Positions 8,175-17,500 of a stretch of DNA of 27,260 nucleotides are shown here, one piece after another. The notes below the pieces were generated by a model. That model ran no database searches. It was not told the origin of the DNA and worked only from the letters and a program-made list of their open reading frames with translations. The stretch is from a virus (lineage: Duplodnaviria > Caudoviricetes). The position numbers and the translations under genes are program-made. Position 1 is the stretch's first letter; the number at the start of each line of letters is the position of its first letter. The stretch is taken from positions 1 through 27,260 of the IMG/VR virus record IMGVR_UViG_3300031673_000386; one strand, given 5' to 3'.

Positions 8175-8336
8175 GTTAGGTAAAAGTACCCTGTGACATA
8201 CACTCCATTAAATAAAATCAAAACAAAGATGTCCCGATTTAAAAAAAAATACCAATTGTTTATATGTTTACATATTAAACTATCTAAATAGTTAAATTTA
8301 TAGTATATTTATGGAATTATTTTAGTTGATGAAATA
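8175..8336. promoter_or_regulatory. Divergent AT-rich control region between the head operon and the terminase operon
   Basis: The only divergent gap in the window. Two adjacent inverted repeats, ATATGT-TT-ACATAT (8262-8275) and AACTAT-CTAA-ATAGTT (8278-8293). No exact TAnnTTTG box found. Confidence 0.5.
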
Positions 8337-8561
8337 ATGAATAATACAACAAAAAAGAAGTATTTAAAAATCATCAACACTCACAAACAAATCTGTATCT
8401 CTTTAGGGGAGAATGCTCCTTATATTTCAAAGGGCAGAATTATTACTCTTACTCTTAATTCACTGAAAGGACAAAAAATCAAAGGCAGTCGTTCAGTGAT
8501 TTATTCAGCATTAAAAAAAATCAAAAAATTAAAAAGGGAGGAACTATTTTTGAATGACTGA
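8337..8561 (+). CDS. Small basic protein, possible DNA-binding protein or terminase small subunit
   Basis: 74 aa, K-rich, HTH-like SRSVIYSALKK. Overlaps the TerL start. Confidence 0.55.
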   Translation: MNNTTKKKYLKIINTHKQICISLGENAPYISKGRIITLTLNSLKGQKIKGSRSVIYSALKKIKKLKREELFLND

Positions 8562-10569
8562 TGAAAGATTACTGGAAGAAAACAAGAGAAGAAATGCCTT
8601 GCTTGATGCTTACTATGATCCTGTCATAGGTTATGGAGGCCCCTTTGAAAGGCAAAAAGTTAGTTTTTCCGATATTAAAACAGTTATGTATCTTCCTGTT
8701 GAGATGCTAAATGTAAAATGGATAAATTATCTGGTTGGCTTTTCTTCTCTTGTTGATTATTCCAAAAAATTTAATACTTCAGTTGAAAAGGTTATGTCGT
8801 CCATAGCAAATGAACGATTTAAGTATGATTTTGAATTCTGGGCGGCAACAACTATAAAAATCACAGACAAGGATACTTTTAGGGATACACCCTTCATATT
8901 ACGTGGTGCACAGCTGATTTTACTTGTTGTACTTGAGGAGATGAGACTTGCCGGTGTACCTATCCGTATTGTCCTGTTAAAAGCCCGTCAGTGGGGAGGA
9001 AGTACACTGGTGCAAATTTACATGATGTGGATACAGCAAATCCACAAACAAAACTGGCATCTGGCTGTTTGCGCACAGGATGATAATGCGGCAAGAAATA
9101 TGCGGAGTATGTACACAAGGGCAGCCAGATTTTATCCCAAAGAAATAGGAACAATAACATTTCAACCATTCGAAGGATCATCAAAAAACCGTGTTTGTAT
9201 TGAAACCGGAGGTATTATTGGTGTTGGTTCTATTAATAATCCGGATCAATTCAGGTCCTTTAATTATGCAATGGGACATTTTACTGAAGTATCAAGCTGG
9301 AAAGATACACCTAACCGGACAGCACAACAACTTATCACTTCTCTTAAAGAAACTATACCTGATGTTCCTTATTCCTTAATTGTCGAAGAATCTACTGCTC
9401 GGGGACTGAACTATTTTTATGATTCCTGGAAAAGAGCCATTTCTGGAAATTCAAGATATAAAGCAATATTTATTCCCTGGTGGAAAATTGATCGTGACCG
9501 CATTCCGATTGAAGAAAATATGCAGGAGTTTATAAATAATATGGGTGAATATGATTGGACACTTTGGGAATATGGAGCCACACTTGAAGGAATCAACTGG
9601 TACAACAAACACAAAGCCGATAGATACGAAGAAGCTGACAGGGAAAACCGCATGTTTTCCGAATGGGAAATGATGCAGGAAAATCCCAGTACCGAAGAAG
9701 AGGCTTTTCAGTCTTCCGGTGAAAAAAGATTTAATCCCAAATACATTAAGGCAATGGAGCAGGATTGTATGCCACCGGCATTTATGGGTGATGTTAAAGC
9801 TGATGGCACACAAGATGAACAGGCATTTAAGAATATTGAGTTTGTTCTAAACAATAAAGGAAAACTTTCTATTTGGACAATGCCCGATACTTCAATAAAA
9901 GTACTTCATCGATATGTGGCCTATGCAGATATTGGAGGAACATGGAAAGGTGCCGATTATTCTGTATTGAAAGTTCTTGACAGGTACTGGATGATCGAAG
10001 GAGGAGATCCTGAAACCGTCTGTTCATGGCATGGACATTGCGATAAGGACTTATTTGGCTGGATATGCGCTCAAATATGCACCGTGTATGATAATGCTTT
10101 GCTTGCATTTGAATCCAATAGTTACGATAAGGACCGGTCCCGGGACGACCATTTTCTAACAGTAGTTGAAAAAATAGCTGATTATTACCCCAACCTGTAT
10201 ATCCGCAATAATCCCGAAAAAGTCGGTAGTGATTTTGTGCCGATTTATGGATTTCATCTTAACAGAAAAACAAAACCTGCAATAATTGATGCCCTTTATG
10301 CTGCTTCAAGAGAGAGATATTTTAAAGATCAAAACAAACAAGGTGGATATTGCCTTATCGAAAGAGATATCAGGGCAATAAAAGAAATGAACTGGTTCGA
10401 AAGAAAAGAAGATGGAAGCCTGGGGGCAATGGAAGGACAAAAAGACGATCAGGTAGATGCAACAGCAGGTGCATTTTATATAGCTATTGAAAAAATGCCG
10501 ATGCCCCAGCTTGTTGATACGAATAAAGCTATTAAGAAACGAATTTTAAAATCAGAAGCTTCATTTTAA
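8554..10569 (+). CDS. terL: Terminase large subunit
   Basis: Walker A LKARQWGGST, Walker B HFTEVS, coupling motif EESTARG, and RNase H-like nuclease residues ADIG, FESN and KDDQVDA. Confidence 0.93.
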   Translation: MTDERLLEENKRRNALLDAYYDPVIGYGGPFERQKVSFSDIKTVMYLPVEMLNVKWINYLVGFSSLVDYSKKFNTSVEKVMSSIANERFKYDFEFWAATTIKITDKDTFRDTPFILRGAQLILLVVLEEMRLAGVPIRIVLLKARQWGGSTLVQIYMMWIQQIHKQNWHLAVCAQDDNAARNMRSMYTRAARFYPKEIGTITFQPFEGSSKNRVCIETGGIIGVGSINNPDQFRSFNYAMGHFTEVSSWKDTPNRTAQQLITSLKETIPDVPYSLIVEESTARGLNYFYDSWKRAISGNSRYKAIFIPWWKIDRDRIPIEENMQEFINNMGEYDWTLWEYGATLEGINWYNKHKADRYEEADRENRMFSEWEMMQENPSTEEEAFQSSGEKRFNPKYIKAMEQDCMPPAFMGDVKADGTQDEQAFKNIEFVLNNKGKLSIWTMPDTSIKVLHRYVAYADIGGTWKGADYSVLKVLDRYWMIEGGDPETVCSWHGHCDKDLFGWICAQICTVYDNALLAFESNSYDKDRSRDDHFLTVVEKIADYYPNLYIRNNPEKVGSDFVPIYGFHLNRKTKPAIIDALYAASRERYFKDQNKQGGYCLIERDIRAIKEMNWFERKEDGSLGAMEGQKDDQVDATAGAFYIAIEKMPMPQLVDTNKAIKKRILKSEASF

Positions 10570-10579
10570 AAACTATAAT

Positions 10580-11005
10580 ATGAATAATCCACGTCTTATA
10601 CTACTCATAAATCTAAAAACATTTGACGGGATACCCGAAAAAACGTTAAAATGTATTGAAGCCGCAATGATTGAATACGGATTACGGCAGGTTGCTGAAT
10701 ATAAAAACCGGGAGATAAAAGATGTATGTTTATACAGTTTTAAATACTTTCCCAGGCTTACCTGTAATAATATTATTTGGTGGCTTCGAAAATTATCATT
10801 TAACATGGCAAAACATCAGGCTCAAATCCGGGCAAATATCGAAAACCGGAAATGCTATGTTATCCGAAAATCACTTATTGGATATGAAATACTTTCCACG
10901 CTTGATATTGACTTAAATAAACGTATCCGACTTCTTAACAAGAATATTGATGCTCAAAAATTACACGAAGTGGCTGATTTTGTAGCTTATCCTAAAATCA
11001 ATTAA
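10580..11005 (+). CDS. Hypothetical protein
   Basis: 141 aa, tiles between terL and the GT gene. Confidence 0.7.
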   Translation: MNNPRLILLINLKTFDGIPEKTLKCIEAAMIEYGLRQVAEYKNREIKDVCLYSFKYFPRLTCNNIIWWLRKLSFNMAKHQAQIRANIENRKCYVIRKSLIGYEILSTLDIDLNKRIRLLNKNIDAQKLHEVADFVAYPKIN

Positions 11006-11006
11006 A

Positions 11007-11384
11007 ATGAAAAATGAAAAAATATCTGTAATAATTCCCACTTATAACGGAGAAAAAACCATTCGCCGTGCAATTGAATCAATATTAAATCAAACCATCA
11101 GTACTGATATAAAAATTCTTATATGTGATGATTGCAGCACGGACCAGACTATTGAAATTTGCAAACAATATCCTGAGTGTATTATTTTCGCAAATATTGA
11201 ACATTCCGCAGGACCAAACAAAGGAAGAAACATAGGAATAAAAAATGCTGTCGGAGATTATATAACATTTCTTGACCAGGATGATGTTTGGTTGCCAAAC
11301 AAACTTGAATTACAACTTAAAGAAATTAAAAATGCAGACTTTATCTATTCACGATGTATTAAAAAAACGGTCCAAAAAAGCTAA
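11007..11384 (+). CDS. Family 2 glycosyltransferase, N-terminal nucleotide-sugar-binding half
   Basis: ISVIIPTYN, DDCSTD, GPNKGRNIG and the DxD motif FLDQDD. Stops at 125 aa. Confidence 0.88.
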   Translation: MKNEKISVIIPTYNGEKTIRRAIESILNQTISTDIKILICDDCSTDQTIEICKQYPECIIFANIEHSAGPNKGRNIGIKNAVGDYITFLDQDDVWLPNKLELQLKEIKNADFIYSRCIKKTVQKS

Positions 11385-11796
11385 TTGGCCTTATATAAGT
11401 AGTTTATTGATTAAAAACAAAGATGTTCCTTTATTCGAAGAACATTTTGGGCAACTTGATTATGACTGGTTATTAAGAGTTACTAAAAACCGTAAATGCA
11501 AGGAAACAGATGTATCTGTTATTAGATATGTTGACGGTACTAATTTAAGCCTTGATCCTGTTTACCGTAAAAGAGATTTTTACATGGGTCTGTTAGATGT
11601 TGACGGCGATATTCCTGTTATGAAAAAATGGTTTGCTTCCCGCGCAAGGTATCATTACTATATGAATGAAATGAAAATGGCAAGATTTTTTTTTGTCAGA
11701 GGATCAATAAACTGGAAAACTATTCTTTATTTTATTTCCTCTTATAACAAAGCATTAAGCAAATGGATAATTAAAAAATTCAATGTATTTGGATGA
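11332..11796 (+). CDS. Family 2 glycosyltransferase C-terminal (acceptor) half, either a separate gene or a +1 frameshifted continuation
   Basis: SSLLIK..FEEHFGQLDYDWLLR..RYVDGTNLS matches the second half of GT-A enzymes. In-frame ATG at 11332 follows an A-rich leader and overlaps the first half. Confidence 0.72.
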   Translation: MQTLSIHDVLKKRSKKANWPYISSLLIKNKDVPLFEEHFGQLDYDWLLRVTKNRKCKETDVSVIRYVDGTNLSLDPVYRKRDFYMGLLDVDGDIPVMKKWFASRARYHYYMNEMKMARFFFVRGSINWKTILYFISSYNKALSKWIIKKFNVFG

Positions 11797-12362
11797 AAAC
11801 AAGATTAGAACAACAAGAGTTATGGCCAGAAAAATTACCAAATTCTCTTAAAAATCGAATTAAGAAAACTATTGATTTTCTTAAAACAGAAAATTTAAGT
11901 GGCCAAATTGCGGATTGTGGTGAAAATAACCCAATGAAAGAAGCTATTGAAAAATATTTTGATATTAAGATTTACAACCTCGATTGGGATTTTAATGATC
12001 CGCTCCCCATGTATCCTGCAATAGGATATAAATTTGATGTGATTTTTTGTTTTGAGGTTTTAGAGCATTTATTTAATCCATTATTATTTTTAAATCATTT
12101 AAAATATCATTTAAAACCTGAAAGTATTATTTTTTTAAGTACACCATATCAATGGCCACAAAAATTAAAATCCATTCATCATTACCATGAGATTCCAACA
12201 GATAGACTTTTATGGTTATTTGATGCTGCTAATTTAAAAATCGTAAAACAAGGAAAAATAACTATTGCCGGTAATTGGTACAATCATATTCACGGAATCC
12301 GCCCTTTATTACGATATTTTCAAAAAACAAGAATGTTTAAATTAATTAAGTTCGAAAAGTGA
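11793..12362 (+). CDS. Class I SAM-dependent methyltransferase-like protein
   Basis: Degenerate motif I (IADCGENN) and FDVIFCFEVLEHLFNP..LKPESIIFLSTP, typical of glycan-associated methyltransferases. ATGA-coupled to the GT half. Confidence 0.82.
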   Translation: MKTRLEQQELWPEKLPNSLKNRIKKTIDFLKTENLSGQIADCGENNPMKEAIEKYFDIKIYNLDWDFNDPLPMYPAIGYKFDVIFCFEVLEHLFNPLLFLNHLKYHLKPESIIFLSTPYQWPQKLKSIHHYHEIPTDRLLWLFDAANLKIVKQGKITIAGNWYNHIHGIRPLLRYFQKTRMFKLIKFEK

Positions 12363-12420
12363 GTTTTTCGCAATCTGTTTTTCAATTATTTATACTGTAA
12401 ATAAAACTGTGATTTCCCAT

Positions 12421-12515
12421 AATCCCCACAATCCCCGGGGAATCCCCTTGCAAAATCCCCTATTTTAAAATGTATTAAAAAATGTGTTTTGTGTGTAGTT
12501 TTGTGTATTTTGTGT
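12421..12515. repeat. Short repeat arrays: 4x AATCCCC and 3x TTTTGTGT
   Basis: AATCCCC at 12421, 12430, 12441 and 12454, with the palindrome TCCCCGGGGA at 12432-12441. TTTTGTGT at 12487, 12499 and 12508. Confidence 0.85.
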
Positions 12516-12523
12516 ATAATTTA

Positions 12524-12558
12524 CTAAAGAAAGGCCGGAAGTCAATACCTCCGGCCTT
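12524..12558 (-). terminator. Intrinsic terminator after the portal gene (possibly bidirectional)
   Basis: Minus strand AAGGCCGGAGGT-ATTG-ACTTCCGGCCTT, a 12-bp stem with one G-U pair, followed by TCTTTAG. Confidence 0.8.
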
Positions 12559-12599
12559 GTGTTTAACAATAAACCTCAAATTATGAAAAAAAACTAAAC

Positions 12600-14594
12600 C
12601 TAACCTTTCCTTGGATTCATCATTTCAATAACTCTTTGCATATTTCCCTGGTCCACTCCCGCTTGTTGTGCCTGCTGATTGAAGTTTTGTGATACACCGC
12701 TTACTGCCTGTTGAGGGGTTATTTTTTCTTGTCGTAATTGTTCTTGTTTATTGCGTAAATCCTCTAAAAGAGCATCGGCAAATGGCGCATTGGAATGAGT
12801 TAAAAACATCTCCATATCAATTAATCCAGCCATCACAAAATCCTTTAACATTTCATCAATCCAGTTTTTATAAGTTGGTGAATCCATACTTTGACCGATA
12901 ACCAAGTCAAAATCACTCGCATCTTTTATCATTGCCGGATCATACAATTGATCTTCATCTTTTCCGGATATTGCCAGATAACGTTTTGTTTTATAAAACT
13001 GAATAATGGTTTTTAGCACCTTCATATCTCTCCACTTGCGAAAACTGGCAAAACTTTCCATCAAATCCCGGTTATTCAAATTTGTTTGTTGGATTTCCAT
13101 TGCATACCTGCTTGCAGGGGTTCCGGATCCTCCCGGTTGTCCTTGTGAAGCCGGCTGAACTCCTACAATATCCTGCAACCATTTCAATTGCATACCTATC
13201 AGTTCTGTAATTCCCAGGTTATTTGACATTTTGCTGCCCAATTCAAAGGGCGGTACTGCAGTTCCTTTTTTAAGATCAAGTACAATAACTCCACCAACTT
13301 CTTTATAAGTGGCTCCTATTGCTTCAGGACTTTTCCCATCAAGTGAGTTTTTGTCAAGAACAAGAGTATTTTTTGCACTGGTACCCATAATAAAGTCCCA
13401 GAGGGTGATTAACCGGTTAATGTATTTCTGCTGATCAATAATATCTTCAAGCGGTCCCCAAACCTCACCATTGATTAAAGGATAAGGATACATGATATAG
13501 GGATGCATGTTGTGATCGTAGGGCGTTTCACCTTCCCTTAAAACATGGCCGTAGGGGGTGAGATATTTATAAAACCACTTAAAGGCCACGCTTGTATCGT
13601 ATTTAATCAACAACCATTCATCTTCGGGAATGTTATTTGTTTTGTACTCAATCACCCTTAAATTGTTTATTTCATTTAATTCATCCATGGTTCCCTCCCA
13701 GATTCCTTCCTCTCCTGCTGCCTGATCCCAGTACTCAATCACATCAACTGCCTTTTTCTCCCATACTTCTATTACACGACAGATATGCGTTTCATTGGGA
13801 ATATAAAAATCAAGATTCTCTGCCCTTTCTGCTGAAAGTCCATATTGTGTTATTAATTCAAGTTTTGTAACATGCCTGTATAAATCTTTGAGTTTTTCTT
13901 TATCCTTTTCTGTTTTTGCGAAATGGACAAAAAGCTCATCAGTGGTAATATCATGTAACTGGCCTATCCTTCTAAGATCAGTTCCACGGATATCTTTAAT
14001 GTCAGTATTAAAGAAAATGTACTGCGGATCAATGTAATCAATGACAACATCATACCTTCCGTACATGTCAATAAAATCATAACCTACTTTTTGGATTGGT
14101 AATCCTGAAAGAATAAATAAATCAAATGTCCTGGGATCAATTTCTCTGGCTTCATTTATCTGTAAGGCATATTGGATAGCATTTGATAATATTTTTTCAA
14201 GTTTTGCTGAATCCGGTTTGCGACTTATTACTATTGATTTACCTTTTTCACTGCGGAATAATCCCCCTAATGACTTCGCCATAGGACGCATAATATTCTG
14301 CTTTAACGGAAGCTTTCCCTGTTCCTGGATATAAGTTTCTTCAGTTATGGTCTGGCCTGCATCATTGGTTGTTTTATCACTCCATTGATTGCCTCTTTGA
14401 AATTTGCATACCCGTCGGTATCTCACCCTGAAATCTTCCAAAGAATCCCAATCCTGACGATAGGTTTCCATCAGCATTAAATTCTCAGAAATATCATCGT
14501 ATGAAGTTTCCTTAACAGTCTGACGTGAAGTTTTTACCCCCCGCCGGCTTTGGGTAAGCCTTTTTATATCATGTTGTGAAATATCTGTTATCAT
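12600..14594 (-). CDS. Portal protein (P22/podovirus-like)
   Basis: 664 aa. Motifs FQRGNQW, LKQNIMRP, PYIMYPYPLINGEVWG, DIIDQQKYINR, IVGVQPASQG and a Q-rich C-terminal barrel. Confidence 0.88.
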   Translation of the reverse strand: MITDISQHDIKRLTQSRRGVKTSRQTVKETSYDDISENLMLMETYRQDWDSLEDFRVRYRRVCKFQRGNQWSDKTTNDAGQTITEETYIQEQGKLPLKQNIMRPMAKSLGGLFRSEKGKSIVISRKPDSAKLEKILSNAIQYALQINEAREIDPRTFDLFILSGLPIQKVGYDFIDMYGRYDVVIDYIDPQYIFFNTDIKDIRGTDLRRIGQLHDITTDELFVHFAKTEKDKEKLKDLYRHVTKLELITQYGLSAERAENLDFYIPNETHICRVIEVWEKKAVDVIEYWDQAAGEEGIWEGTMDELNEINNLRVIEYKTNNIPEDEWLLIKYDTSVAFKWFYKYLTPYGHVLREGETPYDHNMHPYIMYPYPLINGEVWGPLEDIIDQQKYINRLITLWDFIMGTSAKNTLVLDKNSLDGKSPEAIGATYKEVGGVIVLDLKKGTAVPPFELGSKMSNNLGITELIGMQLKWLQDIVGVQPASQGQPGGSGTPASRYAMEIQQTNLNNRDLMESFASFRKWRDMKVLKTIIQFYKTKRYLAISGKDEDQLYDPAMIKDASDFDLVIGQSMDSPTYKNWIDEMLKDFVMAGLIDMEMFLTHSNAPFADALLEDLRNKQEQLRQEKITPQQAVSGVSQNFNQQAQQAGVDQGNMQRVIEMMNPRKG

Positions 14595-17500
14595 GGCTTA
14601 TTAATATTTAATTTATCCAATTCATTAATTGCATCCTGGCGCAATTCTATCATTAAATTACTTAATCCTTCAATGCCCTGTAATCCTTCAATATCTTCTC
14701 CGTATTTATCTTTAAGTACTTTGAAATTTGATTCATAGCCTGAAAGTATCTCTATTGCCTTTGGGTAATCCCCGGAAATATATTTTTGTATTTCTTCAAG
14801 ATCACCTTCCCTTATTGCTTTATCGGCAATTATTTTTGCATTGCTGATATGTTTTTTATAATCGTAATATTTTTCCAGAACTGTCCATTTCTCATCAGGA
14901 ATTTTACGGATAAAGAAGTTTATAAATGGCCAGTCATAAAATTTATATTCCTCATCACCAGTAATAAATTCTCCCATTGTTGACATGAAATCATTGGTAA
15001 ATCGTCCTACACCACCCAAATAACCACTGATAAGATGCTCGATTTTTGAGGGATTCCAATCGAAAATTCCGGGAACATATTTTAGTTTTCCGTCTTTCCC
15101 GTATCTGAATTTATATTCTGTCTTTCCTCCTCCCAGTTCAAAAAGTACGTCTGTTATAAATTTTGCAGCAGGATTCACGTATTTTTTATGAAGCCCCGAG
15201 TCCGCCAAATTTTCTTCAAGTTCTTTCGTAAATGCTTCATAAGATATTTTATTCCCCATGAAATCCTTGTTTATATCAATTTCCTGAATTGGTTTGATCG
15301 TTGTAGGAATCAACGGGGCCCAACTTAATTTCCCTTCCTGGATGAAAGATGTTACATCAATTGGAGCCATACCTGCAATCAAATTGCTGATGCTTCTTGC
15401 AATTGCGGTACCGGGAGGTATTTTACCGTTAACATAATCATAAGTTGAAACACCCATTGCATGAAATCCACGCCAAAACTGAGATATGGGTACTCTCAGA
15501 TACTCTTCTTTATTCCCCCAAAATTTTCGAATCACAAGATAATTTTCACGAACATAGTTATTTATCCGATAATACTTTTCATCTTCATTTTTATCATCAT
15601 CCCAATCATTTAGCATAGCTTCAAGAAATCCCCAGGCAAGAATAGCAGTAGCATTTTTTATGAATTTTCGGGGATTTATTTTTGTAAGTTGAAAGTTTTT
15701 TTGAAGGGCACTCATGCTAACTTTGAAAAAAGCATAGATAGATTCAATTGCACGGGTTCCCTTGCCCTTCATGTTAAAATCAACACTTGCATTACGACTT
15801 TCAAATGCAGAATCTTTTATCGAAAGCCCCTTATCTCTGGCATCCATATAAACTCCAAAACGTGTTGTATCCTCAAAAATTCGATTCCAGTACTCAATAA
15901 TCCTGAATATTCCGGTTAGTTTATCCCAGGTTTTACCTACTGCCGTATCACTTCTCAAAACTCGTTTTAATTCTTTTTTTAGTTCTTTTTCAAGTTGTTT
16001 TATTGTTTTTTCATGTGTGAAGCCTGTAAATCCTCCGGCTTCCCCGCAATTTCTGTATTCAACATCATATTTATTCCCGGGATCAAAATTAGCTCCTATA
16101 TTTCTTATAATAGTACGGGCAGCAACAGGAATATTTTTAGGAATTTTAGTAATCCGGGTATTCAGCCTTATATTTTGTGTCAGGGATGCTTCTAACTGGT
16201 CCCGGCTGAAATTGGAAAACGGGAATACAGGATTATAGCCTGTCATCATGGCCTTCATGAAGTTTGTCCATGCTCCAAGCCCTCTGAATATCCATGTTTC
16301 CCCAAGTTTCCGGGCATCAAATACATGGCCTAAAAATTCAACCATGGTATTCTGATTATTGAATGCCTGGGCAACTGATAATTGTTTTTCCGGAAACACT
16401 ATAATTGTGGGTTCACCATTATTCATTACAATAACTTCATGCTGCAATGCATTCCAGACAGTTCTTAATTTTTCATGTTCCGAATTAACTTCAGTTTTAA
16501 CTTTTCCCTCTTTGAACATTTCGACAGGTGGCCGGGTAAGATTACCGTTCTCATCACGATATAGCGACCAGACGTTCTCATACATTTGTTCCTGTTCATT
16601 CCATATCTCTTTTTCTACCAGATAAGCCTTTTTAATTTGATGAAGGTCTTTAAATTCTTTACCATAGTTTTCGAAAATAATTTTTAAAGCTTCCTGTTTT
16701 ACTTCATTTGCTACTTGTTCATTGATAGCTTTAAATCCGACAGCCTGAATATAAGCTATTGGATTATCTGCAAGGCTTGTTCTTCCAAATGCCCTTTTAA
16801 ATGAAGCTCCAATACCATAACCCTCGTTTTTGTATCTTAAAAACTTTGCAGCTCCTTCCCGCCAGCCTCTTAGCGGAATGAAATTATCATATCTTTCTTT
16901 CAGGTAATCATAAGTTTTTTGACTTATTTGTCCTCCTTTAAGCCAGGTATTAAGAGTATAATCAGTTGCCTTACGTGTATTTTCCCAAAGTTCTTCTACA
17001 AGTACAGGGTCAACCTGGGATTCGAAACCTTTTATTATTGCCTCTGCCAGATCATCTACATTTTCAAATTTCTTTTCCAGATCAAAAGAAAGTAATCCGG
17101 CAAAATCCATGCTTTCCAGTTTATCTTCATAATCAAAAAGCTCATCCATTGTTGCATCAGGATTTCTCTTTTGAAATTCTTCCAATTTTTCTTCTCTCAT
17201 TACACGGTTACGCTCTAAACCATGTTTGCATATCATATATGGAAGAATACCTTTTGATTTCATCCCGGACTTAATAATCTTTGTGAAACTTTTTGTTATC
17301 GGTTCAATATTTTCCTGCTGAAATTCTTCATATAGTATTTCCATCCGACCAAACATATTTCGGATATCACGATATGAATCGGCTTTTGTTTTTTCTCCTT
17401 TGTGTTCAGTATCGGGAAGTTTTCCTCCATGTTCAATAACTGCTTCTTGCCACCGTCTTATTGGAAAATTATCATCAATCCAAAATTCGCGCATTTTATC

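Noticed and set aside
8224-8312. Bacteroidota sigma-A -7 boxes (CATCTTTG on minus, TATATTTA on plus)
   Set aside because: Each mismatches the TAnnTTTG consensus and lacks a convincing -33 TTTG, so exact promoters were not called.
12421-12515. Possible CRISPR or mini-array
   Set aside because: The repeat units are 7-8 bp with 1-6 bp gaps, far too short for a repeat-spacer structure, and no cas genes are present.
8175-12530. Terminase cassette as a recombinase-invertible segment
   Set aside because: I found no matching inverted repeats in the two flanking intergenic regions, and there is no invertase in the window.
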